Part shown: in pieces, positions 14,116 through 27,349 of the stretch
Numbering within the stretch: position 1 is the first letter of the stretch
How the letters are laid out: the number at the start of each line of letters is the position of its first letter
Source: the human T2T-CHM13v2.0 reference genome, Homo sapiens
Direction: 5' to 3' (one strand)
DNA length: 64,000 bases
Assembly: GCF_009914755.1 (NCBI RefSeq)
Contig: NC_060933.1
The notes under the pieces: generated by a model
The model's database searches: none
What the model was told of the DNA's origin: nothing
The model's input: the letters and a program-made list of their open reading frames with translations, nothing else
Made by a program: the position numbers and the translations under genes

Positions 14116-14189
14116 AGATGGTAAGAAGGCACAGGAGATTCTAACTTCCATTTCTCAGGACAAAATAGAGCTCATGCCCCTGCCCGGCC

Positions 14190-14530
14190 AGTCACTGTCT
14201 CATCATCTTGTCTTATTACCTTTTCGTAATATTAACTACCATATAAAATTATCTTTATATACTTTATGTGTTATTTGCATACAGCCAGTCTCTTCTTTTG
14301 GGAATGTAAGCTCCAGTGAACCCAGAACAGTATTTGCTATAAGGTAGTTGGTCTGTTATATATTTGTCAAATAAATGAACTAAAAACTGTTAAACATCAG
14401 CTTTCTTGTCTGTACAATGAGCAAAATACTACCACCACCTTCCTTGCTAGACTGCTGTGATGACTCAATGTAATCATGTTCATGTAAACTAGTGGGTAAT
14501 GTGAAATCTTAAGAAATGTTAGTCTTACTA
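14190..14530 (+). mobile_element. L2 3' end (to about 14379) followed by a MIR fragment
   Basis: gaatgtaagctcca...atatttgtcaaataaatgaa; then cagctttcttgtctgtacaatgag. Confidence 0.55.
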
Positions 14531-14612
14531 CTACAGGACATTAACCAACTCCCCAAATTTCCCACAATAGCTCACAGGTTGAAATTTCCAACATGAGATT
14601 CCCTTCTTTGGA

Positions 14613-14647
14613 TTTCAGCTGACTATTGTTAAAATAGTCAGCTGAAA
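14613..14647. repeat. Perfect inverted repeat, 15-bp arms, 5-nt spacer
   Basis: tttcagctgactatt-gttaa-aatagtcagctgaaa. Confidence 0.95.
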
Positions 14648-15119
14648 ACCTGAGTATTGTAGCTTCATTACTTTGGTGGAATAATATTAATTAGATGAGT
14701 TCTTGTCAGTTAGCAACCCTAAAATATAGAACAAGTTAATTTTGAGTTAAGTTCAAAATGTAGGGAAGTTCTGTACTATTCAGGCAGGGCAGCCCCAAGT
14801 TGTAAGAACTGGCTGTGGGGAGAGAAGGGGAGAAGGGGATAGAAAACCTGCAGGGTGTTGAGGACATTGGGTTTCATTGGGACCTGAAAAGGGAGAAGGA
14901 AGTATAGTACATGAATAACAAACTCTGTTGACCCTGGACTAGGGAGATCTACAAGCAGCTTTGGTCAGAAAAGTGAAGCAGACATACTTTTAGTCAACAA
15001 TAGTTAAGTATCCTGTGGATAGTACAAATGATCAAATATATCTTCTGATCCTATGTCAACTCTTGATGTGTTATTATGCTGATTTTATAAAAGGGAAAAT
15101 GGTACTCAAAGAGGTGGTA

Positions 15120-15250
15120 TTTTTAGAGACAGGGTCTAGCTATGTCATCTAGGCTGGGGTACAGTGGCACCATCATTGCTCACTGCAGTCTTGAACTCCT
15201 GGACTCAAGTGATCCTCCCACCTCAGCCTCCCAAAGTGCTGGGATTAAAG
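15120..15250 (-). mobile_element. Alu monomer (FRAM/FAM or AluJ arm)
   Basis: gagacagggtctagctatgtc...cactgcagtcttgaactcctggactcaagtgatcctccc. Confidence 0.8.
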
Positions 15251-15267
15251 ATGTTGAGTTTTTAAGG

Positions 15268-15397
15268 AAGCAGCATGTTATACTGGTTAAGAACCTTGAA
15301 TCCTTAGGCAGGCTGAGTTAAAATTCCAACTCCAACATGTACCAGCCATGGGAGCTTGGGCAAGTTAGGACTCTGAATCAGTTTCCTCCTCTGTTAA

Positions 15398-15436
<39 letters not shown>

Positions 15437-15520
15437 GCAGCAATATTCTAGGGTTGTTATAATTAAATGCATTAATATTTATAAGGTACTCATAATACTG
15501 GTACAGTGTGGGCACCATAA
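15268..15520 (+). mobile_element. MIR containing a (TAA)11 microsatellite at 15402-15434
   Basis: ttgggcaagtta...cagtttcctcctctgttaaatgg(taa)11. Confidence 0.75.
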
Positions 15521-15574
15521 AATCATACACAGGATATATACAGCTAGTGGGCAACAGGACTTTTTAAAGCTTTT

Positions 15575-16310
15575 AAATTTATGTATCTATATCAATGAAT
15601 TTTCACACATTAAACATATTCATGTAACAAGCATCTAGACCATGAAACAAAATATTACCAGCACCCGAAATCCCTCCTCATCCTCCTTTCCAGTCATGTA
15701 ATGCCCCCCACCTGGTCCCCCAACCAAAGTATTCAACATCTTAACTTGCAATACACAGAATAGTCTTGCCTGTTTTTGTACTTTGCATAAAAAGGATCAT
15801 CTAATGTATAATCTATTGCGTCTTGCCTCTTCCACTCAACATTATATATATGAAATTCATTTATGTTGCTGTATGGTATACAGTGCTATACAGCATCCAC
15901 CTGTAAATTGACCACAATTTGTGTATCCATTCTGTTGTTGATACACTTTTGAATAGTTCCTAGATTTAAGCTATTACAAATAGTGCTGCTATAAACATTC
16001 CACTAACATTTTTTGGTGAACATGTATACGCATTTTATTTGGCATATACCTATGAGTGAAATTTCTGGCTCATAATGTATACATACAGTCAGCTTTAGAA
16101 TAAACTGAAAAAAGAAAGCAGTTGTACAATCAATACTACCATCAGTAGTGTGTGTGAATTCCACTTTATCTTTTTCATTGCAGTTATTCTGGTGGCTGCA
16201 GAGTTTCATCTCATTGTGGTTTCACTTTGTTTTTCCCTGATGACTAATGAAATTGAACACCTATTTACTGGATACTTGGATGTCTTCTTCTGTGAAGTAA
16301 CATGATTAAA
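15575..16310 (-). mobile_element. Old L1M (L1MC/MD/ME-type) 3' end
   Basis: ccattctgttgttgat...gctattacaaatagtgctgctataaacatt...atctcattgtggttt...ccctgatgactaatga. Confidence 0.8.
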
Positions 16311-18178
16311 ACTTAGGTTTTTCTAGGTCAAAGCCTGTGCTCTATCTCCACTTTTTGTTTTTAAGAACTGCCTCCCTTCAAAGCTTTCCAGAGAAATATA
16401 AGTACTAATTTAGAAACCAAGGGTATCCACTATTTTTATTTTGTATTCACTTTTTTTTCCTTTTGGAATTTAGAGAATTATCCTCTAGTAATGGAGAATG
16501 GAGAGAGGGGTCTTCCATAAAATGCACTTTTGCTCTTCCTTTTGTTGTTATTCAAAGTGGAATTAAAAATTATCTTAGCTCTGCAGGCTGGCTGAGAGCT
16601 CAGAGCTCAGAGAAGGTGGGGGGATGGAGAGACAATAAGGAAAGCTGCCCTACTTCTGGAGGCTCCAAGACACCATTTTTAGTGACAGCAACGTGCTTTC
16701 AAGAGCCAGGTGTGTGTGGGTGGGGGAAAGAAGGTTGGACTTACGTATGAGAATAATGACAATACAGAAAGCCTCTGGGTATTTTCCAGGGAAATGCAGA
16801 TTGTAGCTTTGGATTTTAAGTTTTACTTTCACTGTTAACACATGAACAGGTATTCCTAGGTTTCTTGCACTTCCCCCAAATCTTTCTGTAGCAAAACTAA
16901 GTAGGGGAAAGTTACTATTATAAGATGTATCACTTGTAAAACATTTAAATTGTTCCTGTTTTTCTGTTATTTATGAGAGTGCACAGGAATACCACATAAT
17001 TCCTTAACTTGATTTTATAAAAAAACACCAGCCTTAGTATCATCCAAAATACAGCTCCTATATTTTTACTCTCACATTGAAAAGCCAATTTTTTTTTTTT
17101 TTGTCTTTCAGATAGAGCACTAAACAGCTCTTCCTTTTCATTAAAGTATACCAGCTAAATAATATATCATCTTGGCTTATGTTTCAATCATGCAGTTTTT
17201 CTTCTCCTGGACTTGAAAGAAGCTTCTTCCTTAAGAACCCCTTCTCAAATATAAATTATTATTATTTTTTAGCCTGGAAAAGTTGGGTGGGGAGGTACAT
17301 TGTGAGTCACCTATGTCAATCTGAACATTGCTGAAAACGAAATATACTTTAATAGTTCCAATGGTATTCATTCAGCCTTATTCTGACCTTTCCTTGTTTT
17401 TACTCTAATTAAACATAAATCTTGAAAAACAAAGAGCCCTTTGACGACTATAATACATTTTTGTACTGTGACATGCCCTCTGGCTTAAGGTGTATCTATA
17501 AAGAACTGAGACTGTGACTAGCAGACTTGGCTTCAGGTTAAAGATGAATGGATCTACTAACAATTGGAGAGACTGTCTTCAAAAGCATGGTCATTGGAAG
17601 CCTATTAAACATCTCTGTCATTAGGAATTTAGAAGCAGCAAACATAATTTTTGCTTTTCCAGGAGCTGGTATTTTGGCCAGCATTTATGCTCTCCAGAAC
17701 TTCACTGGTGAGCCCAAATGGTAGTCTTTAGCTTCCCAAGAACTTACAACATGACATTGGACCTGGAGGCTTTTTTGATATGGATTTGCTTGAACTACTT
17801 AAACCGTTTTTCTATTGCCAAGAATAGTAATTAATGCAGGAAGATGCTAAGTTTTTCACTTCAAAAGTTTCATCATATTGTATCCTTACTACAGACAGGC
17901 CTGCTGTTTTGCTGATCCTGGCATTTTTCTTGATGTTGTGTTTTTAGGGAGAGAAAGTCAATGACTTCTTTTTGATTCAACAATTAGACTTAAATGTATG
18001 TATTCATTCAATTAGTATTTAAATCCCTATTACAGGCTGTGCATGGAAATAGCCCTGGACAAGCAGTATTCTATAGGAGAGACCAAATTCATAGAGCTCA
18101 CAGGATACTGGGGTGAGGGAGGCAGTAATCAATAGGCAGAAACTAATGAAATGGTATAGGGTGGGTGGAACAGTAGTC

Positions 18179-18326
18179 TTTTATTTTAATTTTTAAAAAT
18201 AATTTTTAGTAGAGATGAGGTCTCACTATGTTGCCCAGGCTGTTCTCAAACTCCTGGCTCAAGTGATCCTCCTACCTCAGCCTCCCAAATTGCTGAAATT
18301 ATAGGCATGAGCCACCATGCCTGGTC
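18179..18326 (-). mobile_element. FLAM_C-like free left Alu monomer
   Basis: gtagagatgaggtctcactatgttgcccaggctg...gctcaagtgatcctcc...gagccaccatgcctgg. Confidence 0.85.
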
Positions 18327-18515
18327 AGTGGCACAGTATTCTAAGCAGATGTAGCTGTGTTTGGACAGCACGGAGGGCAGCAGACAACATGGAGACCCAC
18401 AAGGACTTTCATGTGGCCACACCTTCCAGTAAAAGGAGGAAGTGAAACCGAAGAGACTGGCAAGGGCAAGATCCCAGAAGGACTTCTCCCCCATGCAGGG
18501 GAGTTTGAATGTAAT

Positions 18516-18673
18516 TTTTTTTTTTTTTAGTGATGGGGTCTTGGTCTGTCGACCAGGCTGGTACAATCATAACTCGTCATTTGCCAAAGTCTTGAACTCC
18601 TGGGCTCAAGTGATCCTTCCTCCTTAGTCTCCCGAGTAGCTGGGACTACAGGTGTATTCCACCATACCCAACC
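18516..18673 (-). mobile_element. FRAM/FAM-like Alu monomer with 10-bp TSD
   Basis: Right-arm sequence only; TSD tgaatgtaat at 18506-18515 and 18674-18683. Confidence 0.85.
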
Positions 18674-20311
18674 TGAATGTAATCTTAAAGGCAATAAATG
18701 GGAAGTCAATGAAGAATTTTAAGAAAAAATAACGGGATGAGCATCAGATACACATTTATATGAGTTAGTAAAAACTTGGTGAAGGTTTCTGGAGGAAATT
18801 TAACATTCATTCTTTTCTAGTGGTGGAAATCACCTCCTTCATCTGAGACATGGGATTCACTGCCTGGACAAGATAGGTCTGTATTTCTTTCCCATGCCTA
18901 ACCTACAGGCATGTTGATAGAGTCCATGTGAAACTTGGATGCTAATTTGGCACTGCAGTTTGGAAGAATGCTAATGCAATTCACTTTGGCATGACTAATG
19001 ATATGTTCCTACCTTGTTTATACTAAAATTGAAAAAAAAATCATTTGAAGCCTCCCTTCACAGTCATGATATTTCTTTCAAATTGAGATGGTAAAGTCTG
19101 TATAGTATTGCAATTTCTAGCAAAATCTTTTAAAGCTGCCTTATTTAACAATTTAGAAAATATTTAATATGCAAAATGACTTTCTTTTTTAGGTAATACC
19201 ACAACAGAGTTGCATTTACATTCACAGCAGAACTTGACTTAAGGCCTTGAAAAACCTTTTACAGAAATCTCTATTGGCTTTTAATAAAGAGCTGTCAAAA
19301 GCTCATGATGGTATTATTTTTCAAGTGGCCATAATGCATTTTTGACTTGATCCATTAAACATAGATAGGAAAACCTCCACAATAGTTTTCATGGATTAGG
19401 GTGACATATTATGTGCTCCTGACAGTATGGCAGAAGGAAAAAGTAAGGTAATTAGGAACAAATAAATTGAGACTACCTAGTATTACATGGATTACATGGG
19501 AATCCTAGTGAATCTTTTGGGAAAATGCAGCCCTATTGAGGAACAGCGTTCTTTGTGTGGAAGCACTGACAATGGCCACTCCACAGTGAATGGGCAGAGA
19601 CAGGTTTGGAAGCAAATGGAATTAACCAAAATGAAGGAAAGAGGAGAAAACCAACATTAGAAACTATGAATTCACTGAAATTAAGAAGCCAAAAAGACCT
19701 GCTAAATCTCATCCGACTTCTTCAGCTTGCACTGAGGCCTCTCTTCTCAGAGCGCATCTACCTTGCTGTTTTATTTAATTTGTTTTTCAATTATTTAGGT
19801 TTCAAGCTTTCCTGATCTCTTACAGGAAAATTTTCCAATTTAATCAACTTAGCTTGTGGGAAACCCTTGCTAGATTTTGCATTTCAGGATGCATACTTGG
19901 TAGATGCTTTAATAAATAATTATGTTTGAATAGGTGAATAGATAGAAATGTCAAGAAATAATAAAGATAAACATTTTGAATATTTTTTCAGTTCAACACA
20001 AGTAACTCTAAATCTGCAAACTATGTGACTATGGTAATTTTTTAAAGGGTATAGTGACAGAATTCTATTATTATGTAAGTAATCAAATTATGCTTTAGAA
20101 GAGTTTGATATAAATTCATACTTAAAATATGAATTCATATTTAAAATACGAATTAGGAATGTAAAAGATCCAGGAAAATATAGGTATAATATTAAGAGGT
20201 AAATAACATTTCTTTTAAAATTATGACATTTTATTCAATTTTATTCTAGTACATTGCTAGCTCTCCCTCATTCAACATACACTGTAAATCAGGAATACTG
20301 TACAATTTTGA

Positions 20312-20618
<307 letters not shown>

Positions 20619-21489
20619 TGAATCCTTAAGAATTTGAGAAACAGGACAGGATGTAAGTATTGTTGCTTATATAACCCAGGAGGAGTAAAGCTCATTGATA
20701 ATATTTCTGTTACAGTAAATGCTTGAGTTTCTGTACTAACTTCCAGGGAAATATGGATTTTGCAGAGCTAAAGGAATGCCTTAACTAACAAACATTCAAA
20801 CAAAGAAGCCATATCGAGTCACTGCATTTAAGCTCTCTAGAATTTCTGATCAACTGAACAGAGCTTTGCTCTGAAACTCAAGGCTGACTCTGCCAACAAT
20901 GGCTGCTCTGAGGCAGACAATAATGCAGATGAAAATGATTTAGGGGAAGAACAAGGTCAAGATGCTCCCTGGGATTTATAATCCAAGAAGCCTTGATTTC
21001 ACCTCCAGAATGCAAATGCAATGCCCTGGTTTGAAAAGCACCATTCTCCTAACCATAAATGAACCCACATTTCTGCCCTAAAAAGATCTGCTCACTCTTT
21101 TTCAGCTAAGACTCTAATATTTGATGAACCCATGGCATTAATGAAAACAGATTTTTCTTTAGCAGCAAGTTTTATTGCTCATTTTACAGCCTGATTCCAT
21201 AGCCTGGGAATGATCTTGCTACTATAACTGCAATTACATCTGAATTCTTAAGTGGTGTGTTAGGGCATGTTTTTATATTTGGAATTCATGATACTGTTCT
21301 TAATAGGGACTTTGGTAATGACCAAAAAGACCCTTGCTAGTGAGATGTGACAAAAAGTTGTTCATATTACATAAGCAGAAGACTTCTTACACTGGAATAA
21401 AAATAATATAGAGAATGCACAATTACGTAGCTCATTTCAGGCATACCAACATACTTACTTGTTTTGAGTTATCACAACTCAGTGTAGCA

Positions 21490-21870
21490 GCCTTTCTGAT
21501 AGGCACCAGGAATTTGGAGATTAATAAAACATGGTCAGTTTTTGGAGGAGCTTAAAGTCCAGTCTTCTGAAAGTTAAGTAAAAATTCATCTGGAAGATTT
21601 GATAAGGGATTGAAGGAAAGAGCGAAAAATTGGAAGTTTGACAGACGGATTAACAGCTGAGCATGGGTGTTGGGAAAATGAGAGTTCATTGAGGCTGTAG
21701 TGACAAAATCTTGTGGGGGATTGTTGGGAGACAAGACTGGATAGGTAAGTAGGAACCAGTTGCTGAAGGGCCTAATAATGCACGTGAAATATTCTGGATT
21801 TAATCCAGAAAATCAGGGAGAGCCTCTGAAGGACTGTTTACACAGGGAAGCGACAAAATTGAATTTGATC
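21490..21870 (-). mobile_element. L2 fragment
   Basis: aataaaacatggtc...ggagcttaaagtccagt...ctggatttaatcc...gggagagcctctgaagg. Confidence 0.55.
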
Positions 21871-23229
21871 ATCAAAAAAAATGATAAAGCATTCAAACTA
21901 TTTTTCTGCAGCTATGCCAAATATTGAGAAAACAATTTCTCTACTGACCAAATAACATAGAAATGGCCTCAAAGATAGGCACTTCTACCTTTCTGGTTAA
22001 AATGCTATACTGCTAAAGCTGGACGGTCATCTACACCACTGGGATCCAACATGCTTCATGCTTCATTGCTACTCAACAGAACTTCTATGGCACAAGGGAA
22101 AGACAAAGTCTGTGACATATCTCAAATCTTCTCTTTTCTTTCCCCATAGTGGAGAGTTTTGCCTGAAAATGTTTAATGTAGTGGCTGTACAGTTTCAAAG
22201 TGCTTTTGTTTTTCCACAGTTACTTAACCATTTGAAGCCCTGAACATAAGGGTGGATGATTGGGAGACTGTGTCCATGAACATTCTTTCAAATCAAACTT
22301 AGTTTGAATGAACCAGTCAGCCTTAGGGGAAGATTACTGTGGGTAATATATTTCTGCTGGTCTCAAACAAACAAACAAAAAGAAAAATAAGTACAGTTAA
22401 AGTAAGGACATGACATCATTTTCTGAAAAATGTGACATTGTCTTGCGTTTTTAAATGTCTCCTGAGCACACACTCTTTTTGGAAACCAAAAAATATAATT
22501 TTTGAGAAACTTGATTATATGTTAAAATTTTTGAAGTTAATTTGTAGGCCATAAAAATGGTATTATTTAATATGAGGTGAGATTACTACAGAATTTGGTT
22601 ACAAACCCAAGAATTTGGGTTCTAAACTGACTATCCCTCCCCACCAGGTTCCAAAGGTAATGTGTGTACATATAAGCCACAAGCTCTAATGCAGAACACT
22701 CCAGTGAGTTGGGAGGTATCCTGTGGAAAACTCATGTTACCTAAACAAGGTAGGCCGGAAAGACCAAGAGCCAAAGCAGGTTGACAGAGCTGCCCTAACC
22801 TTGTACCTCTTGGCCAAGTCCAGATCTCAGACCTCACCATGCACAGGCTGTCATCCAGTGCCAGCCTCAGAGAACTCAAAGAGCAAGATGAAGGGAACAT
22901 TTCTGTAATGCCTACTGCAGATCTGGCCTCAAGAAACTTCAGTGGGTCTTCTCAGGCTGGGGCATCAGAAACATCCCTGAAGAAATTACATCCACCTCCA
23001 AAAATACAGAGAGAAGACAATGATTTTTTCAGGAAGAAACAGGACTCCTCCACTCTGATCATTTCGGGACAAAGATCAGACAAAAGCAGAAGGAAACCAA
23101 AGAGAAGGAGGGAGAATCAGCTACTTCTCTAGTGTTCTGTGAGGAAGTCCATGTAGAGAGAGACTATGACCACCTCTCTCCCTCTTCCTTCCCTGTTCAG
23201 GACAATAAAACATCTCCATTATTCCTCCA

Positions 23230-23372
23230 GCCCAGTGGCCAGTGAAATATCCTTCAGCATGTCCCGCAGGCCTCTTTGGTGGTGCAGTGAAATGCCTTAA
23301 TCCTGACTCAACTTGGTGATAAGCTTGGATTAAGTATGTAGAGGAATGTGAGAAGGAATGTGAGAAGGAATG
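23230..23372. promoter_or_regulatory. Candidate enhancer: AP-1, GATA, three TEAD and TFAP2-like motifs
   Basis: TGACTCA 23304-23310; TGATAAG 23317-23323; GGAATG at 23343, 23355 and 23367 within a 12-bp tandem repeat; GCCN4GGC 23230-23239. Motif evidence only. Confidence 0.35.
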
Positions 23373-23693
23373 AAGACTCCCAACTTCCTACTAAAAGAGT
23401 CCTCTAAACTGCAATCACATCCTGTTTCCTTGTCTCTAAGACTCATTTTTATAGTATTAACATCAGTGATTTGGGGGCATGTCTCATTTATTTGATGTGT
23501 AGATTTTACGTTGCTTTTTCTTTGAAAAGCTCTTATCGATAGTGCAACCCCTAATCAGTGGAATCTTAGGATTATAATAGTATACATATGACAGTAGAAG
23601 AATAAAATCTAGTTTCACACTTAAAAAAAACTCTGATTTAGCATTTGAAATCTGTGGCTTATAACTTTAGTCTTTTCATGCAAATATTTTTAG

Positions 23694-23946
23694 GGAAATG
23701 GTTTCGAAGAGCAACACTGCACCAGCTTGTCTGCTGTCAACTGCACATCACCATACATCCTCGGGGAGAAGGCCGGGCCCTACGCTTCCTGGGGTCCCTT
23801 GCCAGCTACATTCCAATATGAATTATGCCAAAGAGAGTCGTTTCCAGGAGATCTGGAAAGCAGAAGAAAAGCAGCCTTCAATCTCCAGCAGCAGCCAGGT
23901 GAACAGTGACAGATGCCTATGGAAGATTTTGCCAGGGGCTTTCTAG
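23694..23946 (+). other. Candidate 253-nt exon (lncRNA or small ORF 23698-23946, 82 aa)
   Basis: Acceptor atttttag|G at 23693/4, donor TAG|GTGAGT at 23946/7. Non-repetitive, richer in GC and CpG than its flanks. ATG context GAAATGG. No recognisable protein homology. Confidence 0.35.
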
Positions 23947-24429
23947 GTGAGTGCCTGCGAGTTACTTACTTAGGTGTTGCAGGCAATTAAGATAATCAGC
24001 TATAGCTTCTGTGTATTTCCTGCGTTTTCAGAGTTCTTGAAACTTGAAGCATTTTTTTCCCCGACCTTTGTTTCTATAGCCCATCCAACAGTTATATCAG
24101 CCTCTAATTGTCTGTATTACAGTCTTTTATGCTCGAGGTTCTTTGAGAGACGAAAAAAAAGTGGCAATCACATTCTTCTTTTTCCTGTGATACTCCTCTG
24201 CCAATAGCAGACAAAAGTTTTAAACAGCTTAGGGACACTTGTTGGAGGCTGTTTCCATGTTAAAGAAGAGATTACAGAAAGACTGAAGGCTATTCTTTGA
24301 TCTTATTTAGTTCCCTTGTCTCATCCAATTATTTTTATTTTCATTTATACTTCATGTTCCTGTCTTCAGATATTCTTCTCTGTTCCACATGACTGTATAA
24401 CATCAGTAGAAGTTAACATGTCTCTAGTT

Positions 24430-24640
24430 CTGAATGCTTTTAAGTTCATGTTTATATACATTATCTCACTTGATTTTCACGGCAATTTTATAACTCAAGT
24501 GGATTGACATTATTTTTATTTTACAGGTAGGGAATTTGAGACCCAGATATTTAAGTGGTTTATTCAAGGTCACATGGAAAATCAAGGAAAGCGCTAGAAC
24601 TAGAATCCAAAATTTTTGACCACTATTCCAGAGTGTCTGA
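24430..24640 (-). mobile_element. MIR SINE
   Basis: acattatctcacttgattttcac...attttacaggtagggaatttgagacccaga...caaggtcacatgg. Confidence 0.75.
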
Positions 24641-25266
24641 TAGTATTACATTAGCTCTCCAAGTAAGATAGCAACTGCCTGCTTATAATACTTTTGATCT
24701 GGGCAAATTACCTACAGTATAAGCCCCATGAACTCCAGGTAATTATCTCTTTCCCTGTGGGATAGAATCCAAGTCTTTGTCAATGTTTTGAACCCCACCC
24801 ATCAAATTAATCTAACAAGCTCAGTGGTAACCACGAGCTCACTGGGGGCAGCGCTATTATTGTTATTTGGCACATAATATACTTGGTATGCTGAAAAAGT
24901 ATAATAATGAGAGTGACAGGATATCATTATCTCTGACAACCTTTCAGTGGCCAATATCAATTAGTTAGTGGTCTCATACCTACTGAATGAGTTTTTATAT
25001 CAGAGGAACTCCCAATATTCTAACTGAGCTATTTAGCACTATCATTTGAAGGGTGCCCGATTGAGAATCACATGGACCTAAATGTTTGTTTACTCAAAGA
25101 TAAGTGTTTCAGGATAAGGATTAAGGAATTGGGCATGTTGGGCGTAACAGACCACAGGCTATACTTATATGAATAAATGGAGAGCTTGGACAGTTCTTAG
25201 GATCAATCTTTCTTTAAGAAATCAAATAAATAAAGATAGCCTCATCTCTACCAGGAGAAATACACC

Positions 25267-25291
25267 TTTTTTTTTTTTTTTTTTTTTTTTT
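25267..25291. repeat. T25 homopolymer
   Basis: 25 consecutive T. Confidence 0.95.
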
Positions 25292-25575
25292 GCCTTAGAA
25301 AGCACTGGCTTCTGTTAATTAAACATTTCCACCCAAAGATAGCAAATTTTAAATAGAAAAAAACAGGAAATATATGTAATCTACAATAAGTCTGCAAGGC
25401 AAATGGAATAGTTGTAGCAAGCTCTTAAAGCAAAGGTAAAGATGTTGAAAATATATTAAAACTTACTGTTGACTAAACTAGGAATCTGTGGATATATGTG
25501 CATATATTTATATGCATATCCTATCCAAATGTATAAAGGTCTTAATGGTTTACTTCTTAGATTAAAAAATTCTTA

Positions 25576-25873
25576 GGCTGGGCATGGTAATACGCCTGTA
25601 ATCCCAGCATTCTGGGAGGCCAGGGTGGGAGGATTTCTTTGAGGCCAGGACTTTGACAGCAGCCTGGGCAACATAGCAAGACCCCATCATTACAAAAAAA
25701 TTTAAAAACTAGCCAGGTGAAGTAGCACTCATCTATAGCCCCAGCTGCTAGGAAGGCTGAGGCAGGAGGATCACTTGAGCCCAGGAGATCAAGGCTGTAG
25801 TGAGCTGTGATCACACCAATGCACTCCAGCCTGGGCAACAGAGAAAGACCATATCTCCCCTGCCAAAAAAAAA
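25576..25873 (+). mobile_element. AluJ (Jo/Jr-like)
   Basis: J diagnostics cctgggcaacatagcaagacccc, ggaggatcacttgagcccagg, gtgagctgtgat. Approximate TSD aaaaaatt(t)ctt. Confidence 0.9.
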
Positions 25874-25921
25874 ATTTCTTCTAAATTTTGACATTTAAAA
25901 AAAATTTTAATTTTAGTTACA

Positions 25922-26249
<328 letters not shown>

Positions 26250-27349
26250 TAAAGGAAATACTTTTTCACTAGACTTGTGTACAATTGCAACAACAAAGTC
26301 ATCTTAGAAGGAGAACCCATGAACTGTGAAATTTAGGCCCACTGAGCACTTATGAAGCATCGACTACTTGTTACCCACTGCTCCGGGTACTATCACTGCT
26401 GAGAGGGGAGGTGCTCTGGGGTTAAAAGGACTGAATTACCCAAGCTTTGTCACACAGGGGTTGTGAAACAATCATGTATCTTTTCTTTTAAATCCTTAGT
26501 TTTCACACCTATACCTCATATTTTTTTTTGAAGATGGCATCCAACAAAATAGGTACTTAAACTATTTAGCAGCATGCTTGGCTGCATTCGGTTCATAAAT
26601 ACTCATTCCTCTGTTTTTCAAAAGTCTCATAATTCAAGTACTTTGCCCAAAGTCCTCAAACTCAGCAGCTGTGCTGCTTCCCTTTCCTCCAACTTTCGCA
26701 AATTTCATCTGTTCTATGGCATCTACTATCGAACATCAGAAAGAAGAGGCAGAACTTAACAGTTAGGAAACAGACTTCCTCTACTGTAATATGAAAGTCC
26801 TCTTCTAGATTTTTAGCACTCCTTACAAGCTTTGGCCTTTGTAAAAGGATGTTATGTAAAACAAACAAACAAACAAACAAAAACAAAAAAAACTGTGCTT
26901 TGCCTTTGGAACCTACTTCCCTGGACATACGCTCTGAGTACAGAAAGAAGAGGCTTTAGCAACCAGAAAATTAGGAATAGCATGTATGAAATTAGACATG
27001 GAACCTTGCAACTTTGAGACAGGCACAGAAAGGAACATGGGCTGACAAGAGATGGATGATCTAAGGTCGCCTTTCCCTTGGGAGTGCTCCCTGATAATGG
27101 CTGTGGCTACTATGTGATATCAGCAACCCCAGGGCAGTGACCCCTTTCCATTCTATACCCCAAGCATGGGAAACAGTTTCAAAAGGGTAGGCTATTTTTG
27201 CTAGCAAAGTTTGTATGGTTCTGTGCTACATGGGCATATCAACATAAATTCACTAGAGGTCCTCTCCTTTGATGATAATAATGATTATAATAATAATACT
27301 ATGCTCACAGTTATTTTTAAAGTACAAATGGCTTATTATAACATATAGC

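Larger units (their letters stand above)
18000..18730 (-). mobile_element. Degenerate L2 hosting two Alu monomers
   Basis: tattcattcaattagtattt tail; ...aggcaataaatgggaagtcaatgaagaattttaag. Confidence 0.45.

Noticed and set aside
17089-17111. T14-gtctttcag acceptor-like site
   Set aside because: No good donor within exon distance; explained by a T homopolymer.
22839-23132. 97-aa ORF followed by AATAAA near 23204
   Set aside because: No recognisable homology, no convincing splice sites, and no poly(A) or TSD to suggest a processed pseudogene. Length is within chance expectation.
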